Part shown: positions 11,951 to 22,947 of the stretch, one piece after another | Position numbering within the stretch: position 1 is the stretch's first letter | How the letters are laid out: every line of letters begins with the position of its first letter | Origin: Phaeosaccion multiseriatum | Taxonomy: Eukaryota; Protista; Ochrophyta, other classes | NCBI GenBank assembly: GCA_965112735.1 | Contig: OZ218962.1 | Location: 310,001-374,000, forward strand | DNA: 64,000 nucleotides | Reading direction: 5' to 3' | Notes under the pieces: model-generated | Database searches by the model: none | What the model saw: the letters and a program-made list of their open reading frames with translations, nothing else | What the model was told of the DNA's origin: nothing | Translations under genes and position numbers: made by a program

Positions 11951-13059
11951 CAGCCGCAGCAAGACGAACGTCACGGTGGGAAGGAGGGAAATGAATGGTT
12001 TATCCACAATCCTCCCATTCGAGAGAAACAGAGTTAGAGAAGCTGGCCCCTTGCTTATTACTCTCTAGTGCCATCCCCCATCCAACAAGGGAAGAAACAC
12101 AAGGGACGAGAGCATGCACCAAAGGGTGCACATAGTAGAAAACTCACCATGCTCGCACGGCGTGACCATTCTGTCCCTGGGTTCCTTGCCGTCACACGTC
12201 GGACACTGCTCCGCATCCACGCTATCCACGCTGTGGGCCGACCCGCTGCCCCTCTTGTGGCTCTTCCCCCCGCCACTACCTTGCGCTGAAGAGGGCAATT
12301 GTGGAGCACTCGAAGCACCACACGCGTCGGCATAGGCCGGCGGGCGTTCGCTGCCGAAGCCATCCTCCATCATCAGCGGCGGTGCCGAGGCGAAATCGCT
12401 GCTGCTGCTGGAGTCGGGGACATTGACAAAGTTCTCGGCCTCGAGGCGCCTCCGCTCTGCCATGTGCTCCTGCATCATGAGCCGGAGGCAGGTCGTCACG
12501 CACACGTCTTCCGCGGTTCTCCCGTACTGTGGAGGGTGGAGTGGCCATGTTAGAGATCGGACAGGCTCAGTAGCTGTGCAAGAGAAAGGGAGGGGCGGGT
12601 GACAGAGGCGACAAAGACGTCCGGGCTAACCAGCTCTTGTGACGGACGCACCTTGTCGGGTAGGTCGACCTTTGCGCCCCTGTTCAGCAGCAAACGGCAC
12701 ACCTCTTCGAAGCCGTGCATGGAAGCTCTGTGGATAGGCGTTCTGCCCTCCACGTTGCACAAGTTGGGGTCTGCGCCGGCCTCGAGCAAATAGGCCACAA
12801 CGTCCTGTTGGACCGAAGAAGGACGAGCGGAGGAAGTACGTGAGGGAGGGAAAACCTTGGCAAAGGAGGCATAGCGTGTGATTTACTGTTCCTCGCTTGC
12901 CCCGACCTTCTTGTTCTGCTCTGCAGCCTTGTACAGGGGGGTGCAACCCTCTTTGTCTTGCTCGTTCACGAGCTCCGCCTTGGCCCCTTCCCGCACGAGC
13001 TTCTTCACTCGCTCCATGTCGCCCTTCTCACAAGCCTTGAAGATGTTGGCCCCGAACAT
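11804..13059 (-). CDS. Ankyrin-repeat + C3HC4 RING finger protein (probable E3 ubiquitin ligase)
   Basis: Ankyrin motifs (IFKACEKGD, GCTPLYKAA, GRTPIHRAS). The RING is split by an intron: CPTC..PCEH|VLCTAC..SCKKC, with the stop at 11804. Confidence 0.85.
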
Positions 13060-13289
13060 CAAGAGCACCCCTCGTTCCCTCCACTCTCTAATCCCAGCCC
13101 TTCTTCTCTCTCGGCGGATGCTGCGCGATGGGATCAACGCTTGTCCGACGGCGGTTGGTCCAAAATCGAGGCTCGATTTCGATCCGATTTCCATCAAGGC
13201 AGATGGCACTCAATGGTGATTTCTGTGGGGTGAGCGATACAAGGCCACAACATAGACGCCATCGAGGCCGCATATAGAAGCTGGACAGC

Positions 13290-14431
13290 ATGGTGAAGAA
13301 GAAAGGGGCCAAGGTAGGGGAGGCGGGGGGAGGAGGGGGGCAGGCAGCCACAGCAGTAGTCTCAGGCGCCCAGCAGCCGTCTCGCAAGCGCCAGAGGAGC
13401 CTCAGCTTCGACCACCAGGTCGCTGCGGACGCGTCTTTGCTAGAGAGTATCGCGGAGCACGAGAAGTTCTTCTCTGCGATGCTAGAGATGATCCCCGAGG
13501 AGCTCGTGCTCCATACGCGGACGGGAGAGGATCAATACAGCAGCAAGTATATGAAGGTGAGGCGCAGGGCGAGATACGGCAGAAATGTACTACGGGTCGC
13601 AAAGTGGATAGTAGGGTCGCATCCCTGTACCTGGTCGCGGCGCTTGTTGTTGCCCGACGCGACTCTGGGCCTCTATTCCCGGACCTCCCCTCGCCCCTCT
13701 CCACCCTCCCTTAACTTATCGACTCCAACCCCCCCCCCAAGTATATTACTGTACTCGTTAAGGCTGGAAAGACACTCGCCTCCTGTACTCGCTGTTTCCT
13801 GGTGGGCCCTCACCTCCCCGTCCCCTCTTCTCCACCCCGCCCCCCCCTGGCTCTCGCTCGCCCCTTACTCAGAACAAGAAGGGCCATGCCGTGCAGCAGC
13901 ACAAGAAGGAGCAGAGCAAGAAGCACAAAAAGGCGCGGTACGACGCCGACAATGCCAAGCCCCTGCAGGAAAAGCTCCTCGAGAAAGGTGTGTGCGGATG
14001 GATGGGATGGGGTGGCCTCACTGTTGTAGAGAGGTCAACGCGAGGCGGGCTAGGCCGCGCTCACTTGCCACGCAAAGGACAACGCAAGAGAAACGACGGC
14101 CAGAAAGACGAAGAAGAAGGCAGCGCCGAGTGAGCGTTGCATCGACTGTGCCGTGGTGCCTGGCTTCGTTTGCTACCAAAGAAGGCTCTTTGCCTGTGCC
14201 TGCCCCGAGACGGCCTCTCTGGGAGCTGCAACTGAAACGGCGCCTAATTTGCCCCCCTTTCTGCTTTCTGCCTTCGCTGTGCACGAACACTCTCAGATTC
14301 AAAGAAGTTAAACGGGCACGCAGGAGAGAGTGATAGCGACGGGGAGGAGGAGGAGGAGGAGGAAGGAGAGAGAGCCGAGTCGGGGCAGAAGGGGCCAGGG
14401 GGGGGTTCGCACGCGAATGGCGTGCTGGACA

Positions 14432-14466
<35 letters not shown>

Positions 14467-16565
14467 ATGGATGCCTCAAAGGGCAAGACCAAGGCCAATG
14501 GCCACGCCCCACGGGCTGAAACTCATACTGCTGATGCCGGGAAGCGTCTGGAGAAGCCGGAGCGGAATTCCAAGTTTAAGTTGAGCAAGACGCTCAGCGT
14601 GGCTTCTGCCGAGGCCATGAGGGAGAAGGTCCGAGCCCGCATCGGTGAGGAAGGAAAAGGCTCATTTTGCCCAAAAAGTTGGGGGGGGGGGGCAAGTAGG
14701 CCCAAGACAGACCCCCCAAGTTGGGGACCCAGTCGTGTGCCCAAGCCGCGACCATGGATGCGCCTCCCAAGCCTCCAGATGGCATCTCTCTGATATCTGT
14801 TTAAACTTTGCTCACCTTGTGCCCCCGTGTCTGCTTGTTTCTGTATGCCTATGTGTGTGCGTGTGCGCGCGCGCGCGTTTCCTTCGTTCCCGTCCGACAG
14901 CGAAACTGGAAGCGGCGAGGGCGGGCAAGCCCGACGCGACGGGGCGCAGGGGCGTGAAGCGCAACATGATGGCAGCAGCGGGGCAGCTCAAGCCCAAGGG
15001 GCACAAGAGAGACCTCAAGGGCAAGAGGGGCAAGGACAGCAAGGTGAGGGAGGCGGATGCGCACACACTACGTGGAGTCGATTGCCTGGAGCAGGGGTAG
15101 TGTTCTACTTTTGGTAGAGGCTGATTAGTGCGTGTCAGGGCAGCGGCAGCGGCAGCGGTTGGTTACACAGCGACCGCTGACCAACAGCATCGTCCGGTCC
15201 GGGGCACGAGAAGGGGGGATATATGCGTGTCTCTGTAGACAGCACCAAGGGCCTCTTTCGCACGGGTCAGGGCCAGGGTCAGGGTCAGGGTCAGGGTCAG
15301 GGTCAGGGTCAGGGTCATGGTCAGGGTCAGGGTCAGGGTCAGGGCCCGGTGCAGCGGTCCAGCTGTCCAGCGGGGGGGGGCGTCTGCGCTCGATCTGTTT
15401 CCGCGTCCACATGCTGCTTGCTTCTCCTTGCTTCACCTCAAGTATCTCTTGTGCTTTGTTGTTGCCCCGCTCCTGTGCCCCGCTCCTGTGCTCCGCTACT
15501 GTTGCCTGTGTGATGCCTCCCCCCCCCCTTCGCTGTCCGCTGCGCAGAAGAAGCTTGGGAACGGCAAGGAGAGCAAGGCAGCGGCAGCAGCTAACTCCAG
15601 CCTCCTGCAAGCCTACCGACCTGCCCCTGACGCGCACAAGGCAGCCGCCGCCCCGGTGGAGCTGCCCCCTCGCCCCTCTGTGAAGGACGTCGGGGACATT
15701 GAGTTCTCGGGCCTGAGGGTGGCGCAGCTCCATCACCCCAAGGGAGGGCTCAAGGCACCCGCCCCGGGCTCCAAGGTGAAGAAGCTCAAGGGTGAGTGAC
15801 GTCACGAGTGACGTGGGAGAGTATGGTCATAGTATGACGTCAGTGGTGACGACGTGTACGATGTACCAATGATATCTGTGGGGCTCTTCTCCGGTGGTGT
15901 GCGTGGGCCCATGTGGCGGAGTCTGATGCTAAGCTTCATACATACGTCCTTCCCTCCCGTGTCGTGATGCTTGTGTGTGTGTGTGTGTGTGCGCGTGTGT
16001 GTGTATATACATATATGTGTGTGTGTGTGAATCACAGGCATGCTTGCGAAGGCGGAGGAGAACCAGGCGCGCTTCCAGGCACTGAGGCAGACGGAGGACG
16101 GGAAGGCCAGTCTTGCCAAGGAGCAATGGAAGGACGCCATGCAGGGGGCGGGGGGGGTGGGAGCCAAGAATGATGCCTCCCTGCTGCGCAAGGCCATCAA
16201 GAGGAGGGAAAAGGCCAAGGTGGGTGAGGAGGGAGAGGGGAGGGGGTGGCGGGCCGAAACCGTTCCCTTGTCTGTGAAGAAGGACAAGTGGGAGGGTGTG
16301 GGGATTGTGCGGGCGTGCGTGTGTGGCTCTCGCGTGTTGGTGCTCTGTCTGTGTGCATCTATCGATCCGTCTGCGTTTTGCGCTGTGCCGGTGCTAACGA
16401 AGCCGCCCCTCCCCGTGGCCTTGCCCTCCCTCCCATTCCCTTCTGTCCGCTCTCCAGGCCAAGAGTGCAAGCGAATGGCAGGAGCGCGGCAAGAGCGTGG
16501 CGACGAGCATAAAGGGCAAGCAGAGCAAGAGAGAAGAGAACCTCAAGAAAAGGAAGATGGTCAGT

Positions 16566-16626
<61 letters not shown>

Positions 16627-17040
16627 CTTGCGTGCGCGCTCTTGTAGTCGTCCCCCCCCCCTTCCGCTCTCATATGCTCTCTCCCCTCCCTCCGCTCACC
16701 TCCAGCCCTCGTCTGTAGAGTCTGACTCCGTCACCCCCATTTTGTGTGTGTGTTTTTGTTCACGTGTTGTGTGTCTGCGCCCACACAGGGCGACGCCTAT
16801 GTACCTCCTGCGCCCCCCGCGGGGTCCGAGCCGCCCAAGAAGGAGGGCCGCAGGGGCAATCGCGCCGGCTTCGAGGGGAAGAAGAACGACTTTATCAACA
16901 AGGAGAAGGTCGGGGGGGGAGGGGGAGGAGGAGGAGGAGGAGGAGGTGGAGGGGGCGGGGGAAGGGGGGGAGGCAGGGGCGGCGGAGCGAGTGGAAGAGG
17001 AGGCAGAGGGGGAGGCCGGGGAGGAGGAGCGAGAAGATAG
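13290..17040 (+). CDS. SURF6: SURF6/RRP14 nucleolar ribosome-biogenesis protein (multi-exon)
   Basis: N-terminal RRP14-like FFSAMLEMIPEE and KKARYD. C-terminal SURF6 motifs: W..AM..A.G...KND.SLLRKAIKRREK.K.KS..EWQER, KREENLKKRK and RAGFEGK. RGG-rich tail ends at 17040. Confidence 0.9.
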
Positions 17041-17270
17041 GCGTGTGAGGTCCAGCGGAAGCAAGGACGTGCGCGGAGGGCTTTGGCTGAGCAGCGGTGC
17101 GGCTTGGGAGGCGATGTGCTGCATAGCGGTGGTAGAGGGGTGGGAGCTCGTGCTTCCAAGGCCCTGGGCGGTTACTTTCCTCGTGTGGCGTGCGGGGCTG
17201 TGTGTTGGCGGGCGTATCGAATAGCGAAGGACAGAAGAGTCCCACACATACACATCGACCCCTGACGTGC

Positions 17271-17412
17271 TATTATGCTATCTGCTATCGCCGGCGCCAG
17301 CCGGCGTGCTATCTGCTATTGCCGGCGCCAGCCGGCGTGCTATGTGCTATCGCCGGCGCCAGCCGGCGTGCTATGTGCTATCGCCGGCGCCAGCCGGCGT
17401 TTTGTGCTATTC
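17271..17412 (+). repeat. Left subterminal tandem repeats (~31-bp unit, gctatcgccggcgccagccggcgtgctatct/gt, 4-5 copies)
   Basis: Directly visible tandem array adjoining the left TIR. Confidence 0.9.
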
Positions 17413-17664
17413 GCCCCCCCGGGGTCGGGGGTGGGAGGGTGCGCGTGCGGGGGGCTAGGAGCGGAGGAAGCAACTCACACGTGTTTCATTGCCATTAATT
17501 CGCGTCAGTTCTTGTATAGTATGCCTAAGGGAGTATATCAAGGTCCACCCTCTGCCTGGCCTGGCTGACCTGCTGCCCGTGCACCCCTACCTCTCCGCCC
17601 TGTGATTGACTGGCTCTCCGCTAGCTCAGCCGGCGGACGGCCCGATCGACATTGTGCTCGCCAA

Positions 17665-20600
17665 TCAGTCACTTTTACCACTAGGGCAGGCAGCATTCAC
17701 TCCGTCACAATACCAGTCCCCTTCAGGAAGCGTAGAGAGGGGAGGGGTCAGGCAGTACGTGTGAAACTCCTCATCGCAGCCGTCACATAGCAACATTTTG
17801 TCGTGGTCAACATCTTTCTGACAGACTAGACATGCAGTGGCTTCGCTGGAGCTAGAGTCTGCTGCTTTTGCCGTGCCACGAGACAAAGCCCCATAACTCT
17901 CGGGCTTGTTTACCGTGCGCCCACGTGAGGACATCGCCCCCACCACCTTTCCGATGATGTTCTTGCGCAGTGTTCTCAGGTTCAGCGCCTCCTGCTCGCC
18001 ATCACTGCTATCGTCCTCAGACATGTCCTCTCCCATGTGCACGCTTGGGTCGGGGGGGGCGTATCCCATCGCCTTGGCCACCTCTTGGCCCTCCGCCTCT
18101 CTGTTGACAATCTGCTTGCACTCCTCGTGCTGCTCCTCCGTGATGGCAAACCTCCGAAGCCTTCTCTGCGCGCACACCCCTCCTGAAGCTGCATGTGAGC
18201 CTTCGATGTACATTGCTTCGTGGTAGCGGGGCAATGCGCCATAAATGGCAGCACAAGACACAGAAGCCTCTTTCCCGCCGTCGACTTCGTAGACGACTGC
18301 TGCAGCCCCATCCCCGTCCTGGGACTCGTCGGTAGAGTCCTGTTCAGCGACGTGAAAGTATGAAACACCAGGCTTTGCCGGAACCACCTTCTGCTTGGAG
18401 CCTCGTCCCTTCTTCGAGACGATCACCTCCTTCCGAAGATCGACGCGAAGCTGTGCAAGAAAAAAGCTCTCCTCCGACCCCTTGTCTGCCCTGACTATCA
18501 CAACGTCATTTGCCCTGTAGAGAATGCGAGTTCGGACGGATTCACCGGTCTTCCGTCCTTTCTGTCCGCGCTTCCTCGCTCCCGAGCTCTCATGCAAGCG
18601 CGACAGGTATCCACTCGGGTCGTTGCTTTGCGCAGAGTTGGGAGCAAACGCCACCGAACGCGGGGCCGCTCCAACATTGTACTTCCTCTTGTTGGTTACA
18701 CGCTGCTGCGGAACCTTCCTAAGACGAGCCGCCGCATTGCGAAGCGTCTGCGTGTCCTTCTTGCGCTGCTTCCGTTGCCCTTCGTCAAGCTTCTCCGCTA
18801 CCCTTGGTCGCTTCAACACGGGTGAAGCCACCAATCTGCTCTCGTTTTGCTCCAGCTGGTATCCCGCCCTGAGCTTTCGACCGCTGCTGTTGACGCTGCT
18901 TGTGCAGTAGGCAAAACCCATGCTGGGGTTGGCCTTCTTCGCAGCCTCAAGCATCACAAGGCCCCTTCTTCGGGCATACTCAAGAGCGTCTGGAACATCC
19001 TGGCGGCCTTCCCTTTGCTTCGTGAAGAAAGTCTCAACATTGAGGGTCAAAACGCTCCTCATCTGCATCTTCTCCACGATGCCGCGAGGCACTCCCTGCT
19101 GACGGAAATGAGCGAGGAAGCATCAAGCAAGGAGCGAACAGCGAAGCCGTGAGACGAAAGGGCAAGGCTGATTTCCAAACGCACGCGCCCACGGACACGG
19201 ACATTTTTACTCACGCACTCACGCACACACACGCACACAGCCATGGGGAGCACCCCCTTCTCACCTCTGCAAGCATCCGATGTAGCATCCGAGGTAGTGC
19301 CTGCAGGCTCGCCTTGATAGCACCTCGAACTTCGCGTGATGGCATTCCTTCAGGGCCCTGGAGAGAGACCAGGGATTTGCCTGTGGCAGCTGATATCGCT
19401 TTCCCCATGTGACTGAGAGCCAAGTCGACCACATGAAGCTTGGCAATGCTCTCCTCCATCGTGCGTGCGTTGTTTTGCATGTCTTTGCCATTCTCATCCA
19501 AGTCTTCGCCCTGGAGCTGATACGCCTCACTCAACATCCGTTGTAGTGGGATGAGGTGCTGGGCGTAGACGTAGCAGTCCGAGATCATTCGAATGCACTG
19601 GTTTCCAGTGTCGGACAAGAAGAAAACGTTGTACACGAAGCAGCCGAACGTAGGTCTGAACAAAGGTACTTTCGATGCCGTACCGCTGGCAGTGCTCTCT
19701 CCGGGTTCTGTGTTTCCCTGTCCGCCCATCAGCACGGATGATCCCTTCCAGCTTAGCACCCCACTGTCACGACGAAGGAGAACCTTGACAAGCGCATGCA
19801 AACCTTCATCTAGCATGAGGATGACGATCATATCTTCATCATCGTATGCACCGGGTGGGGCCAACGTGAGTCCACAAGGCTGAGTCCCCACGTGAGACTT
19901 CACGCACGTGAGGTGTGCGCGCCTTGGCTTCTCAACAGTACCATCTTCCTCGTCATCAGTCAGAGCCATGAGTGTATCTCCGTCATTGCCACTGCCACCC
20001 TCTGGTCCTCCGGCACGTTCCACATTGCCCTCCCAGACAAAAAGCGAGCTGTCGGCGATGCAGGCAACGCAGTCATGCGAGAGTGCTGTGAGGCCCGCAG
20101 GTCCCTTGGGTAGGTCACACAGCTTCTCGCTCACAGGTGCAAAAGGGTTGCCAGCGTCAAATGAGAGCCGGTGTAGTGCTCCCCCCCCGCCAGGTTCCTC
20201 TTGGGTGACAAAGAGGTCGAACGCGCGCTCAGAGGACACGGCAAGCGCAATGGCAACGGGGCAACGGATGCCCTCCTCTTCTCTCTCCTCGAGGACATTC
20301 TCCTCAGAAGTGCAACGCTCCTGGATCCGACGGACCAAGGGCACTGCCTTCAAATTCAAATGCCGTTGCTGAGTCTGTCTCCCCCGACCACGCGCTGCTA
20401 CATGCCCGTCCGGTTGCTGGTCGTCGTCATCATCATCGTCGCCCTCCTCCGCCGCCGCGCGGGGTCCCCTGTTTCCTGGAAGAGCGGCCAGCACATGCAC
20501 CACCCAAATCTGATTCGCTCCACTGTCACACATGTACACGTAGTCGCCAACCACGACGAGAGACCCAAGACTCTGGAAGCAGTCGTCTCGCAGAACAACC

Positions 20601-22947
20601 TCTGTGGTACAAGGCACATGATGGGCCTTGAGCATGCGCAGATGCCTGCCTGAACGATCGGCGTTGAAGATCATGCCAGAGCCATGATGGTAGCCCATAC
20701 CAGTCGGCTTCTGAGTCTGCGAGGCCATGTTCTGATGCCAGAAACCCCACGGCTCCGGGCACACGGTCACCCCCACGAGAGCACGGCGCTTCTCCCGCTC
20801 CTCCTCTGAGAGTAGAGCCAACTGCAGAGACGCCGTCGTAACAGCGATTGCGCTCTCCACTGAGAAAGGATCCTTGTTTTCAATGGCGTCAAGGCCAACA
20901 TTGGCTTGTACTGCTTCACTTCGAGCCGGGTCCAGATCGTGGAATCTGGCGCGAAGAGTTCGCAGTCCGACTAGCCAGCCCTGGCAGACGACCCACCAAT
21001 TGAATGTCGTAGCACGAACACACTTTACAAGGTGAGCCCCGTCAGGCAGTGCCTCATACCACCCCAGGGGGTCGTCCTCTCCGAGGGTTCTTGCCGCCAT
21101 TTTCCGAATGAAGGCAAGCTGTGCGCCATTACAGTCTGTTGAGATGCACAATGGTCGGAGACTCTTGCACACGAGCCCTTTCCTCTTGCACCTCGAGCAG
21201 ACTCTGCTGGAGAACTGAGTCGCGCAAACGCACTCACTTTCACCGCAAGGACCCTCCCCTCCGGTGGGACAAGCTTGGTGGCAATCACACGCCTCGCCCA
21301 TCTCCACCCACGAGGGGTTCTCCCCCGTCAGAATCCGCTGCCAGAAAAGCTCGAGACAAGGGATGCAAACACGCAGCGCCTTCATGATTTCGGTCACGCT
21401 CGCGGCAACACTTTTGTAGTCACCCCCTGCGGTGTGAAGCTGAAAACCGATGGAGCCCGTGTATGCCCCTTTCAGATCCATCATCATAACTTCCATCATC
21501 TCGGAACCCAGCTTAGGTGCGTCCTCGTCTCGCAGCTGGAACAGAACGAGTAGCGATAAGGGAGGGTTGACAGGAGGCGAAGCAAAGGCGGGGCTGCAGC
21601 GTGAGCGAGCGAGCGAGGAGGCGTGATTAAGATTGACGATGGATCAACAGTGATTCTGCCCCGAAAGATCAGTGGGAAGGAGGGGACGCCACGCACCTGA
21701 GCATCAGACTTTTCCAGTATTGCCTTCGCCTGCTCCAGTGTTGTATTTCCAAACTGATGTGCATTGCCCCAATTGGTTTGGCTGGTTGTATCAGTATGAT
21801 GGCCCTTGGCAATGACGAAGCCATCCATTTTGACAGTCACGGGAACCACAATCTTCTCGTTGCCTTTGTCGCCAAGAGTGTAGGCTTGGTCGGCACAGAA
21901 GCGGGCGAAGACATTGACGACGTTGATAATGTCTTCGACTTGCAGACCGTACCTCTTGATTAGGCCAGGCCTGCGCCTAATGAGTGCTCTCGGATGAAAG
22001 CCGCCTGTGTTCGCCCTGCGGAAGTAGTCCTTCATGGCCTGGTCCCTGGAGACGTTGGGGCCACGAACCTTCTTTCTGCGGGGTGCCCCATAGGAGAGCA
22101 TGGAGCATGCTGAACCAAATACGTTCTGCTGGGTCTCATTAAACTGTCGCAGCGTCTCGTAGCCATTGAGCTGCTTGCTCGCGGCCACAGTCTGACGCCT
22201 GGACCAAAGGCCGCTGTTCATGACCCAACGATGCACCGTTTGATACATGAAGTGACTCCGAGTAAAGTGCCCTCGATCAAGATGGAATTGGATCGCAAAG
22301 GGAACAATGTCGACATCGTTTACGTCCCGGGTAAGCTCTACACGCCCGCTGTCCGCGTCTTCCGTCACAGCCACCCGCCCATGGTCTTCTTCTGTCGCGG
22401 ACGAGCCCGCGGCGCCCATCGCCTTTGTTTGTGGCCAAATGTGAAACGGCAGAATCTTTATTGGCTTACAGCTGGCTGGGCCCATGGCTGGGCCCCACTG
22501 GTTCAAAAGTCCTTCATGTCTGGCCGCGATGGAGGGAGGAGTTGGGGGGGGGGGGGCGACTACTACAACAGCAGGAGAGGCACGCCAAGTCCAGTTGGCA
22601 GCAGGAGTCGGAGCCGGGAGAAGGCCCCTGAGAGGGCGAGGAGAGGGAGGAGTGCCAGCAGGAGTTGGAGCAGGGAGAAGCACAGTGAGAGGAGGAAGCG
22701 AGGGAGAAATGCCAGCAGGAGTCAGAGTAGGGGGAAGGACACCGAGAGGAGGAGGGCAGGGAGAAGTACCAGCAGGAGTCGGAGCCGACCCAGATCCGGA
22801 GGAGGAGGAGGGAGGAGGGAAGGAGAAAAGGGTCGAAGCAAAGGGAGACGGGGCCGCAGTCCCAGCGAAAGAGGATTCCCAGCAGGCGCGAGGAAAATGC
22901 GTCGGAACCAAAGTCCCAGCGACAGGGGAGTACGCCGAAGCAGCCAT
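17665..22947 (-). CDS. Multi-domain P-like DDE transposase with Cys-rich insert, NHL-like beta-propeller insert, BAH-like segment and C-terminal PHD finger; 3 exons
   Basis: Exons 22947 (or 22485)-21697, 21535-19265 and 19095-17665 join in phase 0 through GT-AG introns. Motifs: VTVKMDG (D at 21823-21825), CISTDC (D at 21134-21136), PDGAHLVKCVR (DxxH), KDPFSVESA, LTLNVETFF..R....P..LEY (E at 19033-19035). PHD: CLVC..LLCDGCDEEFHTYCLTPPL..PEGDWYC. Confidence 0.8.

Noticed and set aside
17255-17258. Reading TCGA as a piggyBac/Kolobok-like 4-bp palindromic TSD with CCCC termini
   Set aside because: An exact 7-bp duplication (ATACACA) lies just outside TCGA on both sides. The MITE's ends TCGG/CCGA are inverted rather than direct and also have a 7-bp TSD, so TCG(A/G) belongs to the TIR.
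17271-17412. CRISPR-like repeats next to a large unknown ORF
   Set aside because: No spacers; these are transposon subterminal repeats.
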